NCBI GenBank assembly: GCA_965232515.1
Contig: CBDDPY010000002.1
Span: 4,032,001 to 4,096,000 of the forward strand
Length of the DNA: 64,000 nt
Direction of reading: 5' to 3'
Source of the DNA: Alphaproteobacteria bacterium
GTDB lineage: Bacteria > Pseudomonadota > Alphaproteobacteria > GCA-2731375
Below the pieces are notes generated by a model. The model saw only the letters and a program-made list of their open reading frames with translations. It was not told the DNA's origin and did not search any database. Below are positions 1-9,483 of the stretch, one piece after another. Position 1 is the stretch's first letter. The number at the start of each line of letters is the position of its first letter. The position numbers were made by a program, and so were the translations under genes.

Positions 1-155
1 TCAAGCTGAAGATGGTCGGCATGCTGGCCAGTCTGCCGTCGATGGACGCGGAATGCGCCTACGGCTTCATGGCCGGCGAGATCAAGGCGATCGCCCCGAT
101 CTCGCACCAGGACTACGAAGTCATCATCGAGGCGCGCAAGCGCAAGGCCAGCTGA
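1..155 (+). CDS. phnD: Phosphonate ABC transporter substrate-binding protein, 3' end only
   Basis: Open frame KLKMVGMLASLPSMDAECAYGFMAGEIKAIAPISHQDYEVIIEARKRKAS* ending at 155, directly upstream of two phnE permeases. Confidence 0.75.
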   Translation, partial: KLKMVGMLASLPSMDAECAYGFMAGEIKAIAPISHQDYEVIIEARKRKAS

Positions 156-177
156 TCCTTGGCCGAACCCACGCATT

Positions 178-208
178 CGGGCGGTCCCGCACATAGCGGG
201 GCCGCCCG
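178..208 (+). terminator. GC-rich stem-loop between phnD and phnE (mRNA stabiliser or attenuator)
   Basis: cgggcggtcccgc-acata-gcggggccgcccg, 13-bp stem with one G-U pair, no long U tract. Confidence 0.55.
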
Positions 209-238
209 TTCGCGGTCCTATCAGATCTCAATTCCCGC

Positions 239-1087
239 ATGACAACCGTCGCCGACCTCGCGGGAGATATTGCTCGCGACGAAAAGCGCCGCCAGCTCTA
301 TTCGCTGGCCCTGATCGCGGTACTCGGCGCCGTCGTCTTCGCCGGCTACGGCCAGGCCAACGACATGAACTCGGGCAGCTTCCTGCGGGGCCTGGCCAAG
401 TTCTTCGAATATCCAAGTGAAATCGTCATCGAGGCCTGGCAGTCGGGCGCCGAATTCCCCGGCCTGCTCATCCGCTTCCTGCCGGCGCTGGTCGAAACGC
501 TCAACATTGCCGCCGTCGCCACCATCCTGGGCGGCGTCGCGGCCATGGTCTTCGCCTTCCTGGGCAGCAGCAATCTCGGCGTCTGGGCGCCCGCCGTACC
601 GGTCGCCCGGCGCCTCATGGACCTGATGCGCGCGTTTCCCGAGCTGATCATCGCCCTGTTCCTGATCTTCGTGCTCGGCACCAGCCCGGTGCCGGCGATG
701 ATCGCCGTCGCCTTTCACACCACCGGCGCGCTCGGCAAGCAGTTCTCCGAGGTCAACGAGAATCTGGATGCCAAAGCCATCGAAGGTCTGCAGGCCTGCG
801 GCGCCAGCTGGCTGCAGCGCATGAAGTTCGCGGTGCTGCCGCAAGTGCTGCCGAACTATCTCAGCTATTTCATGCTGCGCTTCGAGATCAACGTGCGGGC
901 CTCGGCCATTCTCGGTTTCGTCGGCGCCGGCGGCATCGGCACCGAGCTCCGCCGCACCATCGGCTGGGGCCAGGGCAGTGGCGACGAGACGGCGGCGCTG
1001 TTCGTGCTGCTGATCCTGTCGATCTTCCTGATCGATCAGGCCTCCTCGTTTCTGCGCAAACGCCTGACCGAGGGGCGCGCCGCATGA
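239..1087 (+). CDS. phnE: Phosphonate ABC transporter permease
   Basis: ETLNIA, RAFPELIIAL, GALGKQFSE, EAA-like loop, RFEINVRASAILGFVGAGGIG. Confidence 0.93.
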   Translation: MTTVADLAGDIARDEKRRQLYSLALIAVLGAVVFAGYGQANDMNSGSFLRGLAKFFEYPSEIVIEAWQSGAEFPGLLIRFLPALVETLNIAAVATILGGVAAMVFAFLGSSNLGVWAPAVPVARRLMDLMRAFPELIIALFLIFVLGTSPVPAMIAVAFHTTGALGKQFSEVNENLDAKAIEGLQACGASWLQRMKFAVLPQVLPNYLSYFMLRFEINVRASAILGFVGAGGIGTELRRTIGWGQGSGDETAALFVLLILSIFLIDQASSFLRKRLTEGRAA

Positions 1088-2436
1088 CCGTCACAGCGCT
1101 CGGCCTCGAACCCGGCCCACATGCCCGCCGACAGGCAGTGATGTCATCGGTGCGCCGGCGGACGATGATCGGCTTCGCCATTCTGGCCGCCGTGTTGACC
1201 TATCTTGCCTATGCCTGGCTCGCCTTCGATATGTCGGGCCTGATTTCCCGCGCGCAGCCCGACCGCGCCGTGCTGCTGGCGATCGATTCCGTCGCCCACA
1301 AGGTGCATGTGACCAAATCGCTGCGCACGGACAGGATCACGATCGCCGTCGAGGGCGAGCGCACGGCCACCTACGACGCCCCGCCCGACTGGGTGGTCAA
1401 ATCGGGCGATACCGTCCGGGTCGATCTGGGCGAAGGCTATGGCGCCGAGATCGTCGGCAAGACGCTCCATTTCACCGTCCCCGGCTATGGCGACATCACC
1501 GTCACGGCGGAGACGTCGGGCATCGTCGCCACGCTCCCCGACGGCCCCATCCCCGACTGGCTGAACGCCACCAAGGCCAAGTTCGACGCCCGGCCCAGCC
1601 TCGGCCGCCGCGTGCAGGTCTCGCGCGCGCGCATCGAGGTGCATCGCTTTTTCGTGGGCTGGGAGAACTTCTTCTTCCCCTTCAATTCCGAGCTGCAGAC
1701 CTACTCCTTCGGCGACATCCTGTCGCTGGTCGGCAGCGACGAACGCCTGCAACCCGACACGCCGAACTGGGCCTACGTCTTCGAGACATTCTGGGACAAT
1801 CCCGACTGGCAGCACGGCAACGTCTTCGTCGCGCTCTTGGAAACCCTGCTGATGGCGGTGCTGGGCACGGTCACAGCGGCGTTCGTGGGCCTGCCGCTGG
1901 CGGTGCTGGCGGCGCGCAACTTCTCGCCCTCCGGCATCGTCCGCTTCGTCGTGCGCCGCCTGTTCGACTTTCTGCGCGGCATCGACATGCTCATCTGGTC
2001 GCTGATTTTCATTCGCGCCTTCGGCCTCGGCCCGCTCACCGGCGCGCTCGCCATCGCCTTCACCGACACCGGCACGCTCGGAAAGCTGTTCTCCGAAGCG
2101 CTGGAAAACATCGACGGCAAACAGGTCGAGGGCGTGAAGTCGACCGGCGCGCGCAAGCTCCAGACCTACCGTTTCGGCGTGATCCCGCAGATCCTGCCGA
2201 TCTTCGTTTCGCAGGGCCTCTACTACCTCGAATCCAACACCCGTTCGGCCACCGTCATCGGCGCGCTCGGCGCCGGCGGCATCGGGCTGATGCTGGTCGA
2301 AACCATGCGCACCTCGCGCGATTGGGAGAACACCCTCTACATCATCATCCTGACCGTCATCCTGGTCGTGATGATGGACAGCCTCTCCGGCTGGCTCCGC
2401 CGCCGCCTGATCCACGGCCGCGATGTGAACGCCTGA
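1084..2436 (+). CDS. phnE: Phosphonate ABC transporter permease with large N-terminal periplasmic insert
   Basis: RGIDMLIWSLIF, DTGTLGKLFSEALE, ESNTRSATVIGALGAGGIG; 4-bp overlap with previous gene. Confidence 0.92.
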   Translation: MTVTALGLEPGPHARRQAVMSSVRRRTMIGFAILAAVLTYLAYAWLAFDMSGLISRAQPDRAVLLAIDSVAHKVHVTKSLRTDRITIAVEGERTATYDAPPDWVVKSGDTVRVDLGEGYGAEIVGKTLHFTVPGYGDITVTAETSGIVATLPDGPIPDWLNATKAKFDARPSLGRRVQVSRARIEVHRFFVGWENFFFPFNSELQTYSFGDILSLVGSDERLQPDTPNWAYVFETFWDNPDWQHGNVFVALLETLLMAVLGTVTAAFVGLPLAVLAARNFSPSGIVRFVVRRLFDFLRGIDMLIWSLIFIRAFGLGPLTGALAIAFTDTGTLGKLFSEALENIDGKQVEGVKSTGARKLQTYRFGVIPQILPIFVSQGLYYLESNTRSATVIGALGAGGIGLMLVETMRTSRDWENTLYIIILTVILVVMMDSLSGWLRRRLIHGRDVNA

Positions 2437-2530
2437 GCGCGCTGCGCCTCCGACGCCAGACCTGCCACCCATCACGTCATGCGGCCGGCTAACGAGTTTG
2501 CCCTATCGGCGACGACGAGACCTCCGAAGA

Positions 2531-2830
2531 TCAAGCCTCAGTTCCGAGATGCCGCGTCAAATCCACTTCGTCTCGCAGCAACCTAACGACCACGATGTGG
2601 GCCTCACCGATCAGATAGACGATGTAATGCTTGGCGTGATGATGGATGCGCACCGGCGGGTCGTACTCGCGGCGTTCGGCAGCGATCTGTGGATTTGCCG
2701 CAATGATATCGATGGCCCGACGCAGACCGGCTTAATACCGGTCGGCCTGGTCGCGGCCGAAATTCTCGAATCCGTAGAGATAGCTGTCGATGATGCCGGT
2801 TTCGGCCTGGACCGTGAACCTAACCTTCAT
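2531..2830 (-). pseudogene. parE: ParE/RelE-family toxin with one in-frame stop
   Basis: Manual translation MKVRFTVQAETGIIDSYLYGFENFGRDQADRY*AGLRRAIDIIAANPQIAAERREYDPPVRIHHHAKHYIVYLIGEAHIVVVRLLRDEVDLTRHLGTEA*; TAA at 2732-2734; overlaps the parD stop. Confidence 0.88.
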
Positions 2831-3077
2831 TCGCTGCGGCATTATCGGCGCGCCGCCGCGCTTCAGCCAATATCTCGTCGATCGTCCGGCCGCTGAGCCC
2901 GCTGGCCAGCCCGTCGTCGATAGCTGCCTGCAACGCCTTGATACCGGCTTGACTGTCCTGGTCTCGGCGGATCAGGTCGCGGACATAGTCGCTTGTCGTC
3001 GAGTAGCGCCCTTGGCGAACCTGAGCTTCGCACCAGTCCTTCATGCGCTCCGGCACGGAAACATTCATCTGAGCCAT
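2820..3077 (-). CDS. parD: ParD-family ribbon-helix-helix antitoxin
   Basis: MAQMNVSVPERMKDWCEAQVRQGRYSTTSDYVRDLIRRDQ...LQAAIDDGLASG. Confidence 0.9.
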   Translation of the reverse strand: MAQMNVSVPERMKDWCEAQVRQGRYSTTSDYVRDLIRRDQDSQAGIKALQAAIDDGLASGLSGRTIDEILAEARRRADNAAANEG

Positions 3078-3099
3078 ATCAGCTCCCTTTGCCTCTGGA

Positions 3100-3142
3100 A
3101 TTTGACGCGATATATCAATAATTGTCAAATTTTGATATATCG
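3100..3142 (-). promoter_or_regulatory. parDE promoter with palindromic operator
   Basis: Perfect 11-bp inverted repeat cgatatatcaa (3108-3118) / ttgatatatcg (3132-3142) around a minus-strand TTGACA (3123-3128). Confidence 0.65.
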
Positions 3143-3175
3143 TCGACGCGAAACCAGTGCGCCGCCGCACACGCT

Positions 3176-4375
3176 CTAACTCATGAACCCAATGAACATC
3201 TTGATCACCAGGGCGTTCAGGATGTCGACGAAGAAGGCGCCGACCAGGGGCACGACCAGGAAGGCCTTGGGCGAGGGACCGAAGCGCGAGGTCACGGCGT
3301 GCATGTTGGCGATCGCCACCGGCGTCGCGCCCAGGCCCAGCCCGACGAAGCCGGCGGATATCACGCCGGCGTCGTAATCCCGGCCCATGACGCGGAAGAC
3401 GATGAACACGGCGACGAACGTGATCACCAGCATCTGCGCCAGCAACCCCATCAGGATCGGCGCAAAGGCGGTCGCCAGCGTCCAGAGCTGCATGCTCATC
3501 AGGCTCATGGCCAGGAACACGTTCAGTGCGACCTCGCCGAACTTGTCGATGGTCAGCGGATGGATCTCGAACTCGAACGCATCCGACAGATTGGCGATGA
3601 CGATGCCGACGAACATCGCCGTCAGGAACCCCGGCAGCAGCACGCCTTCCGCGAACAGGAACCGGTTCACCGAATCGCCGACGGCGATGCAGATCGCCAG
3701 CATCAGGATCGCCGTCAGGATGTTGAACAGATCGCCCGCGCGGCCGTCGTCCTTGGCCACATCGGCCGCCATCGTCTTAGCGTCGTCGTCCGGTGACAGA
3801 TCGTGACGCTGCACCAGCCAGCGCGCCACCGGCCCGCCCAGCAGGCCGCCGGCGACCAGGCCGAAGGTGGCGAACGCGATGCCGACCGCGCCGGCGCCGA
3901 CGAGACCGGCCGCCTCCGCCTCCTTGCCCCAGGCGATCGCCGTGCCGTGTCCGCCGGCGAAGGATACGCTACCGCCCATCAGGCCGTAGCCCGGATGTTC
4001 GCCGAAGCCCAGCGCCAGCAGCACGCCGGTCAGGTTCTGCATCACCAGGAACACCGCCGCCACGCCGACCAGAATGGCCAGCGCCTTGCCGCCCGCCGCC
4101 AGCGTGCGCAACTTGGCGGTCAGGCCGATGGTGCTGAAAAACACCAGCAGCAGGACGTCGCGGATCTGCATGTCGAAGCTGATTTCCAGATCGAGCGTCC
4201 CGTAGATCACCGCGACCACGAGGCTGCAGACCAGGCCGCCGGTGACCGCCGGCGGAATGTAGAACTCGCTCAGCACCCGGATCTTCTCGTTCAGATAGAA
4301 GCCGAGATAGAGCACCAGGATGCTCAACATTAGGACGTCGAGCGGCTCGACCTGGTATTTCAGAAGCGACTCCAC
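3176..4375 (-). CDS. gltS: Sodium/glutamate symporter
   Basis: IPPAVTGGL, FFSTIGL, GSVSFAGGHGTAIAWG, ATFGLVAGGLLGGP, GATPVAIANM, PLVGAFFVDILN. Confidence 0.92.
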   Translation of the reverse strand: MESLLKYQVEPLDVLMLSILVLYLGFYLNEKIRVLSEFYIPPAVTGGLVCSLVVAVIYGTLDLEISFDMQIRDVLLLVFFSTIGLTAKLRTLAAGGKALAILVGVAAVFLVMQNLTGVLLALGFGEHPGYGLMGGSVSFAGGHGTAIAWGKEAEAAGLVGAGAVGIAFATFGLVAGGLLGGPVARWLVQRHDLSPDDDAKTMAADVAKDDGRAGDLFNILTAILMLAICIAVGDSVNRFLFAEGVLLPGFLTAMFVGIVIANLSDAFEFEIHPLTIDKFGEVALNVFLAMSLMSMQLWTLATAFAPILMGLLAQMLVITFVAVFIVFRVMGRDYDAGVISAGFVGLGLGATPVAIANMHAVTSRFGPSPKAFLVVPLVGAFFVDILNALVIKMFIGFMS

Positions 4376-4387
4376 GACCGGCGTGTC

Positions 4388-5305
4388 CTATTGCGGCAGC
4401 GCGCGCAAGAAGGCGCGCACGACGGCGGCCGAGTTGCGCGAGGCGAGCTGGAAGAAGGTGCCGAGCTCGTTTTCGCCGTCGCCGCCGCCGGCCAGGTCCG
4501 ACAGGCTGCGGAAGGCGATGAACGGGATGCCGTTGTTGAAGGCGACATGCGCCGTCGCCGCGCTTTCCATGTCCAGCACCTTCGCCTCAAAGGTATCGAA
4601 CACATAGGTCCGGAAGTCGGCATTGTCGACAAAGGCCGAGCCCGAGACGCCGCTGCCGCCGACGACGATCCGGGGCGCGCGCGACAGGCATTCGTTCGCC
4701 GCGGCGCACGCCGTCAGATTCACATCGGCCGCCGCCGCCCGCGCGGTCGCCAGCAGGCCCGCATCGACGTCGAACCAGAACTTCTTCACCGGCTTGTCGG
4801 CGCCGGCCCGGGTCACATCGATCACCCGCGGATGGATCATGCCGTAGTTCGCGAACGGCGTTTCCAGGAACGGCGGCGGACTGTAGCCGTCGGGCGTCTG
4901 GCGGGCGTAGACGGCGTCGAGGTATTGCGCCCAGCGGTCGGCGACCACGACGTCGCCGATGTTCAGCGCCGGGTCGACGCCGCCGGCGATGCCGGAAAAG
5001 ACGATCGCGCGCAGCGAGAACCGGTCGATCGCCTGTTGCGTCGTCATCGCCGCGTTGACCATGCTGACGCCGCTCAGGAACAGCACCACGTCGTGGCCTT
5101 CCAGCTCGCCGGTGACGAACGTGCTGCCGTTGACGTCGTGCGCCGCCGGCGCCACGACCGCTTCGCGCAGCGTCTGCCACTCCGGCGGAAAGGCCGACAT
5201 CACGGCAATGCGCGGCTTGTCGTCCAGCAGCCCGGCGGCGAAGCCGGGCGTCGCCATTGCCAACAGCATGACGGCGATAAGGCCGATGACGCGATACATC
5301 CGCAT
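4388..5305 (-). CDS. Exported MTA/SAH nucleosidase-family (PNP_UDP_1) protein
   Basis: Signal peptide; SGVSMVNAA, FSGIAGG, LDMESAA, FRSLSDLAGG. Confidence 0.85.
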   Translation of the reverse strand: MRMYRVIGLIAVMLLAMATPGFAAGLLDDKPRIAVMSAFPPEWQTLREAVVAPAAHDVNGSTFVTGELEGHDVVLFLSGVSMVNAAMTTQQAIDRFSLRAIVFSGIAGGVDPALNIGDVVVADRWAQYLDAVYARQTPDGYSPPPFLETPFANYGMIHPRVIDVTRAGADKPVKKFWFDVDAGLLATARAAAADVNLTACAAANECLSRAPRIVVGGSGVSGSAFVDNADFRTYVFDTFEAKVLDMESAATAHVAFNNGIPFIAFRSLSDLAGGGDGENELGTFFQLASRNSAAVVRAFLRALPQ

Positions 5306-5365
5306 TTGAACTCCCCCTATGCTCGCCCACGCAATCTAGCAATCCCGGTCAACATTCGGACAGTG

Positions 5366-6286
5366 TCAACCGGTCTGCCCGGCCGTACCGGCTAGCATCG
5401 GGTCGGCGCGGAATTCGTCGGCCAGGAAATCGGCCACGGCGCGGACCTTTGGCGAGACCAGCCGCCGCGAGGCGTGCACGAGCTGGATCGGCAGCGCTGT
5501 CGGGGCATGATCCGGCAGCACGACACGCACGCGGCCGTCGGCGATGGCGTCGTGGAACAGCCAGAGCGGCGACACGCTGATGCCGAGGCCGGCGAGCGTC
5601 GCCTCGCGGATCGCATCGGAATTGTTGGCCAGGAACGGCCCGCTGACCCGCACCTTTATCGGCCCGCCGGCGCCCGTGAAGTGCCATTCGTTGCCGGTGG
5701 CGAGCTGGGTGTAGACGATGCATTGGTGTTTTTTCAGGTCCTGCGGCGTTGCCGGCACCCCGGCACGTTCGAAATAGGCCGGCGTGCCGACCGTGACCCG
5801 CCCCGTCGTGCCGACGCGCCGGGCGACAAGCGCGGTATCGGCCAGTTCGCCGATCCGCACGGCCAGATCGATGCCCGCCTCGACCAGGTCGTCATAGGCG
5901 TCCGCCGTCACCAGCTCGACCCGGATGTCGGGATAAGCGCGGAGCAGGCGGGGTAAGAGCGGCACGACGTGCAGCCGGCCGAACGCCACCGAGCTGGCGA
6001 TGCGGATCAGCCCCGACGGCGCCGCGGCGCGGCGGCCGACGGAGGTCTCGGCCGCATCGGCGGCATCCAGCAGCCGCCGGCAATGCTCGTAATAGATCTT
6101 GCCGTCCTCGGTCAGCGACAGGGCGCGCGTCGTGCGCTGGATCAACCGCGCGCCGAGATGCTCCTCCAGCGCCGAGAGCTTGCGGCTGACCGTGGGTTGG
6201 GTCAGCCCGAGCTGGCGGGCGACGGCCGTCAGGTTGCCGATCTCGGCGACCCTGACGAATATCTGCGCGCTCTCGATCCGATCCAT
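5366..6286 (-). CDS. LysR-family transcriptional regulator (CrgA-like)
   Basis: N-terminal HTH (LTQPTVSRKLSALEEHLGARLIQRTTR), DLAVRIG; divergent from the OYE gene. Confidence 0.92.
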   Translation of the reverse strand: MDRIESAQIFVRVAEIGNLTAVARQLGLTQPTVSRKLSALEEHLGARLIQRTTRALSLTEDGKIYYEHCRRLLDAADAAETSVGRRAAAPSGLIRIASSVAFGRLHVVPLLPRLLRAYPDIRVELVTADAYDDLVEAGIDLAVRIGELADTALVARRVGTTGRVTVGTPAYFERAGVPATPQDLKKHQCIVYTQLATGNEWHFTGAGGPIKVRVSGPFLANNSDAIREATLAGLGISVSPLWLFHDAIADGRVRVVLPDHAPTALPIQLVHASRRLVSPKVRAVADFLADEFRADPMLAGTAGQTG

Positions 6287-6289
6287 CGT

Positions 6290-6310
6290 TTCATACCGTT
6301 TCCGTATGAA
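6290..6310. promoter_or_regulatory. LysR-type operator
   Basis: ttcatac-N7-gtatgaa perfect inverted repeat containing ATAC-N7-GTAT (T-N11-A) between the divergent genes. Confidence 0.65.
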
Positions 6311-6388
6311 TGTTATCCACAGTCCCATTATTCATTCTAATTTCCGGATCACCTAATTTGTCGGTTCGCTGCCGCCAAAAGCTGAAAG

Positions 6389-7519
6389 ATGTCGCTGCTT
6401 TTCGAACCGCTGCGCCTTCGCGACCTCACCTTGCGCAACCGCATCGTGGTCTCGCCGATGAGCCAATATGCCGCCGTCGACGGTCTGCCGACCGATTGGC
6501 ACCTGCCGCATCTCGCCCGCTTCGCGCTTGGCGGCGCCGGCCTGGTCTTCACCGAGGCGACGGCCGTCGAGCGCCGCGGCCGCCGCACGCATGGCGACCT
6601 CGGCCTCTGGGACGACGCCCAGATCGGGCCACTGCGCCAGATCGTGGCGGCGATCCATGGCCTCGGTGCCAAGGCGGGCGTCCAGCTTGGCCATGCCGGC
6701 CGCAAGGCCAGCGAGCGCCGGCCCTGGCACGGCGAGTCGCCGCTCGACGACGAGGATACGAAGGCGCGCGACGAGCCGCCCTGGCCGGCGCTCGCGCCCT
6801 CGCCGCTGCCGTACCGAGACGGCTGGCCGACGCCGTCGGCGATGGACACGGCCGACATGCGCGCGGTCGCCGATGCCTTCGGACAGGCCGCGCGGCGCGC
6901 CGATAGCGCCGGCTTCGACGCCATCGAGCTCTATGCCGGCCACGGCTTCCTGCTGCATCAGTTCCTGTCGCCGGTCGCCAATGTCCGCGACGATGACTAT
7001 GGCGGCTCGCTCGAGAACCGCGCACGCTTCCCGCTCGAGGTCGTCGATGCGGTGCGTGCACACTGGCCGGCCGAGAAGCCGCTGTTCGTGCGCCTGTCGG
7101 TGATCGACTGGGTCGACGGCGGCCTGACGCTGGACGACAGCGTCGCCATCGCCGCGCTGCTCGGCGCCCACGGCGTCGACGTCTTCGACTGCTCGACCGG
7201 CGGTATCGGTAGCGCTGCCGGCCGGCAGCGGATCCCCGTCGGCCCGGCGTTCCAGGCGCCCTATGCCAAGCCGTTTCGCGACGCCGGCCATCTGAGCATG
7301 GCCGTCGGCCTGATCCGCACCGCGCACGAGGCCGAGGCGATCCTGCAGGCCGGCCAGGCCGACCTGGTGGCGCTCGCCCGCGAGATGCTGAATGATCCGA
7401 ACTGGCCGCTGCACGCCGCCGGCGAGCTGGGACTGGATGATGACTTTGAGCACTGGCCGCCGGCCTTCGGGTGGTGGCTCAACCGGCGCGCCAAGGCATT
7501 GGCACGACTGCAGAGCTGA
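6389..7519 (+). CDS. NADH:flavin oxidoreductase (old yellow enzyme, YqjM/NamA-like)
   Basis: LRNRIVVSPMSQY, QLGHAGRKAS, HGFLLHQFLSP, YGGSLENRARF. Confidence 0.92.
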   Translation: MSLLFEPLRLRDLTLRNRIVVSPMSQYAAVDGLPTDWHLPHLARFALGGAGLVFTEATAVERRGRRTHGDLGLWDDAQIGPLRQIVAAIHGLGAKAGVQLGHAGRKASERRPWHGESPLDDEDTKARDEPPWPALAPSPLPYRDGWPTPSAMDTADMRAVADAFGQAARRADSAGFDAIELYAGHGFLLHQFLSPVANVRDDDYGGSLENRARFPLEVVDAVRAHWPAEKPLFVRLSVIDWVDGGLTLDDSVAIAALLGAHGVDVFDCSTGGIGSAAGRQRIPVGPAFQAPYAKPFRDAGHLSMAVGLIRTAHEAEAILQAGQADLVALAREMLNDPNWPLHAAGELGLDDDFEHWPPAFGWWLNRRAKALARLQS

Positions 7520-7550
7520 CCGGCGCGCGGCACAAATCGAGGAGACGCCC

Positions 7551-7940
7551 ATGGCCCGACGCAACATCGACGTGGACAAACCCTGGCACCGCAGCATTCC
7601 CTTCGCGCAAGGCGTCGAGGTCAGCGGCCGGGTCCTGTTCACCGCCGGCATCACCGCCCGCGACCCGGAGGGCAAGCTGATCGGCGCCGGCGATATCCGC
7701 CGCCAGATGGAGGCCTGCTTCGAAAACCTGGGCGACGTGCTTGCCGCCGCCGGCGCCACGTTCGAAGATATCGTCAGGATCGTCATGTACACGACCGACA
7801 TCGAAGGGTTCAGCCAGCACGCCGACGTCTGGCGCAGCTACTTCGTCGCCCGGCCCGCCAGCACGCTGGTCGAGGTGCGGCGGCTGGCGCTGCCGGAAAT
7901 GACGGTCGAGATCGAAGCCGTGGCGCATCTCGGCGATTGA
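7551..7940 (+). CDS. RidA/YjgF-family protein
   Basis: GAGG RBS; PFAQGV, RPASTLVEVRRLALPEMTVEIEAVA. Confidence 0.9.
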   Translation: MARRNIDVDKPWHRSIPFAQGVEVSGRVLFTAGITARDPEGKLIGAGDIRRQMEACFENLGDVLAAAGATFEDIVRIVMYTTDIEGFSQHADVWRSYFVARPASTLVEVRRLALPEMTVEIEAVAHLGD

Positions 7941-7970
7941 ATGATCTTGTTGGCCAGAGGACCATGACTT

Positions 7971-8122
7971 GGCCCGTCCCGCTCCCCCACCCGACCACCC
8001 ACGGGAGTATGCTTGATGGGTGGTCGGGTGGGGCTTTCCGTGCCGAGCGCGTCGGCAAAGCCGACGCTGGCTCGGTTGTCCAGCGCCCCTTGGGCGCGAC
8101 AACCACGGAAAGGGGACGGGTC
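7971..8122. repeat. Multi-branched palindromic intergenic element
   Basis: Outer stem 7971-7980/8113-8122; 17-bp hairpin ccccacccgaccaccca/tgggtggtcgggtgggg; stem ctttccgtg/cacggaaag enclosing two more hairpins. Confidence 0.7.
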
Positions 8123-8151
8123 GAGCTCAATACGAATTGAACACGAAGGGG

Positions 8152-9465
8152 ATGGGGACAGTGACGGAACAGCGTTTAAGTGACTTCATGGCCGACGCGG
8201 CCGACGACATCACGTCCGCCTGCACGTCCTGTGGCAAATGCGTCGAGATCTGCCCGGTGGTGCCGCATGCCGGCGTCGCCGATGTCGCGCCCGCGACGCT
8301 GGTCGGCGGCGTGCTCGACGTGCTGCGCGACGGCGGCGAGCTGACCGGCGGCTCCGCCGCCTGGGCGCACCAGTGCGATGGCTGCGGACGCTGCATTCCG
8401 GCCTGCCCCGAGGGCGTCAATCCGCGCACCATGCTGATGCTGGCGAACAGCGTCTCCGCCGAAACCCACAGCGAGACGCCGCAGCTCTTCCGCCGCATGT
8501 CCCGCGCCATCCGCCTGATGGCGGCAATGCAGCTGGCACCCAACGACCTCGACCGGCTGCTGCGGCCGTCGAAGGCGCGCGAGGTGCCGGTCGTATTCTA
8601 TGTCGGCTGCAACGCCATCCGCACGCCGCATCTCTTGTTCAATGCCATGTACGTGCTCGACGCCGTCGACGTCGATTACGAAGTGCTGGGCGGCCCGGCC
8701 GCCTGCTGCGGCATCGTCCACACCAAGTGGCAGGGCGAGGCCGAAGCCGGCGGCCGCGTCACCGACGGCACGCTGCGCCGCTTCGGCGACTTCGAGCCCG
8801 AGACCGTGCTGAGCTGGTGTCCGTCCTGCAATCTTCATATCGGCGAGTCGCTCAGCGGTTACCGCGAGACCGGCTTCGCCTTCGAGCATGTGACCGACTA
8901 CATGGTCGAGCACGAGGCCAAGCTGCAGGCGCGCTATACGACCGAGGTGCCGATGCGCGTGTTGCTGCACGCGCACGAGGGCATGGCCGATCTCGGCGAA
9001 AACGTCGCCCGGCTGCTCCGCGCCGTACCCGGCCTAGAGGTCGCCGACATCGCCTGGGAATCCGGCTATACCTGCGGCGGCTCGGGCGCCGACCGTTCGC
9101 CGGGCCTGAAAGCCGAACGCCGCCAGGCAACGTTGGAGCGGGCCGCGCAACCGGACATCGACGCGCTCGTCTCGCTCTACCACGGCTGCCACATCCAGCT
9201 CGCCGCGACCGCCGAGCAGGGCGGCAAGCCAGTGATGAACTTTACCGACATCCTGGTGCGCGCGCTCGGCGGCGAGCCGCGCGAGGACGCACTTCAGGGC
9301 TGGCGCATGGCAGGCGATTGGCGGGCGCTGGTCGACGAAACTGCGCCGATGCTGCAGCGGAACGGTATGGACCTCGACCCGGACTGGCTCGCCGAGGTGC
9401 TGCCCGACGTGTTCGCCGCCAAGGAATTCGCCGGCGGCCTGGAGGCGATCGACCGCAACCGCTGA
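8152..9465 (+). CDS. 2x[4Fe-4S] plus CCG-domain Fe-S protein (GlcF/HdrD-like)
   Basis: CTSCGKCVEICP and CDGCGRCIPACP; ACCG, CPSC, TCGG motifs; start ATG 8152 or GTG 8161. Confidence 0.85.
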   Translation: MGTVTEQRLSDFMADAADDITSACTSCGKCVEICPVVPHAGVADVAPATLVGGVLDVLRDGGELTGGSAAWAHQCDGCGRCIPACPEGVNPRTMLMLANSVSAETHSETPQLFRRMSRAIRLMAAMQLAPNDLDRLLRPSKAREVPVVFYVGCNAIRTPHLLFNAMYVLDAVDVDYEVLGGPAACCGIVHTKWQGEAEAGGRVTDGTLRRFGDFEPETVLSWCPSCNLHIGESLSGYRETGFAFEHVTDYMVEHEAKLQARYTTEVPMRVLLHAHEGMADLGENVARLLRAVPGLEVADIAWESGYTCGGSGADRSPGLKAERRQATLERAAQPDIDALVSLYHGCHIQLAATAEQGGKPVMNFTDILVRALGGEPREDALQGWRMAGDWRALVDETAPMLQRNGMDLDPDWLAEVLPDVFAAKEFAGGLEAIDRNR

Positions 9466-9483
9466 ACCGACGCCGCACGCCCG

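Noticed and set aside
2498-2896. 132-aa plus-strand ORF
   Set aside because: Antisense shadow of the parE pseudogene and parD
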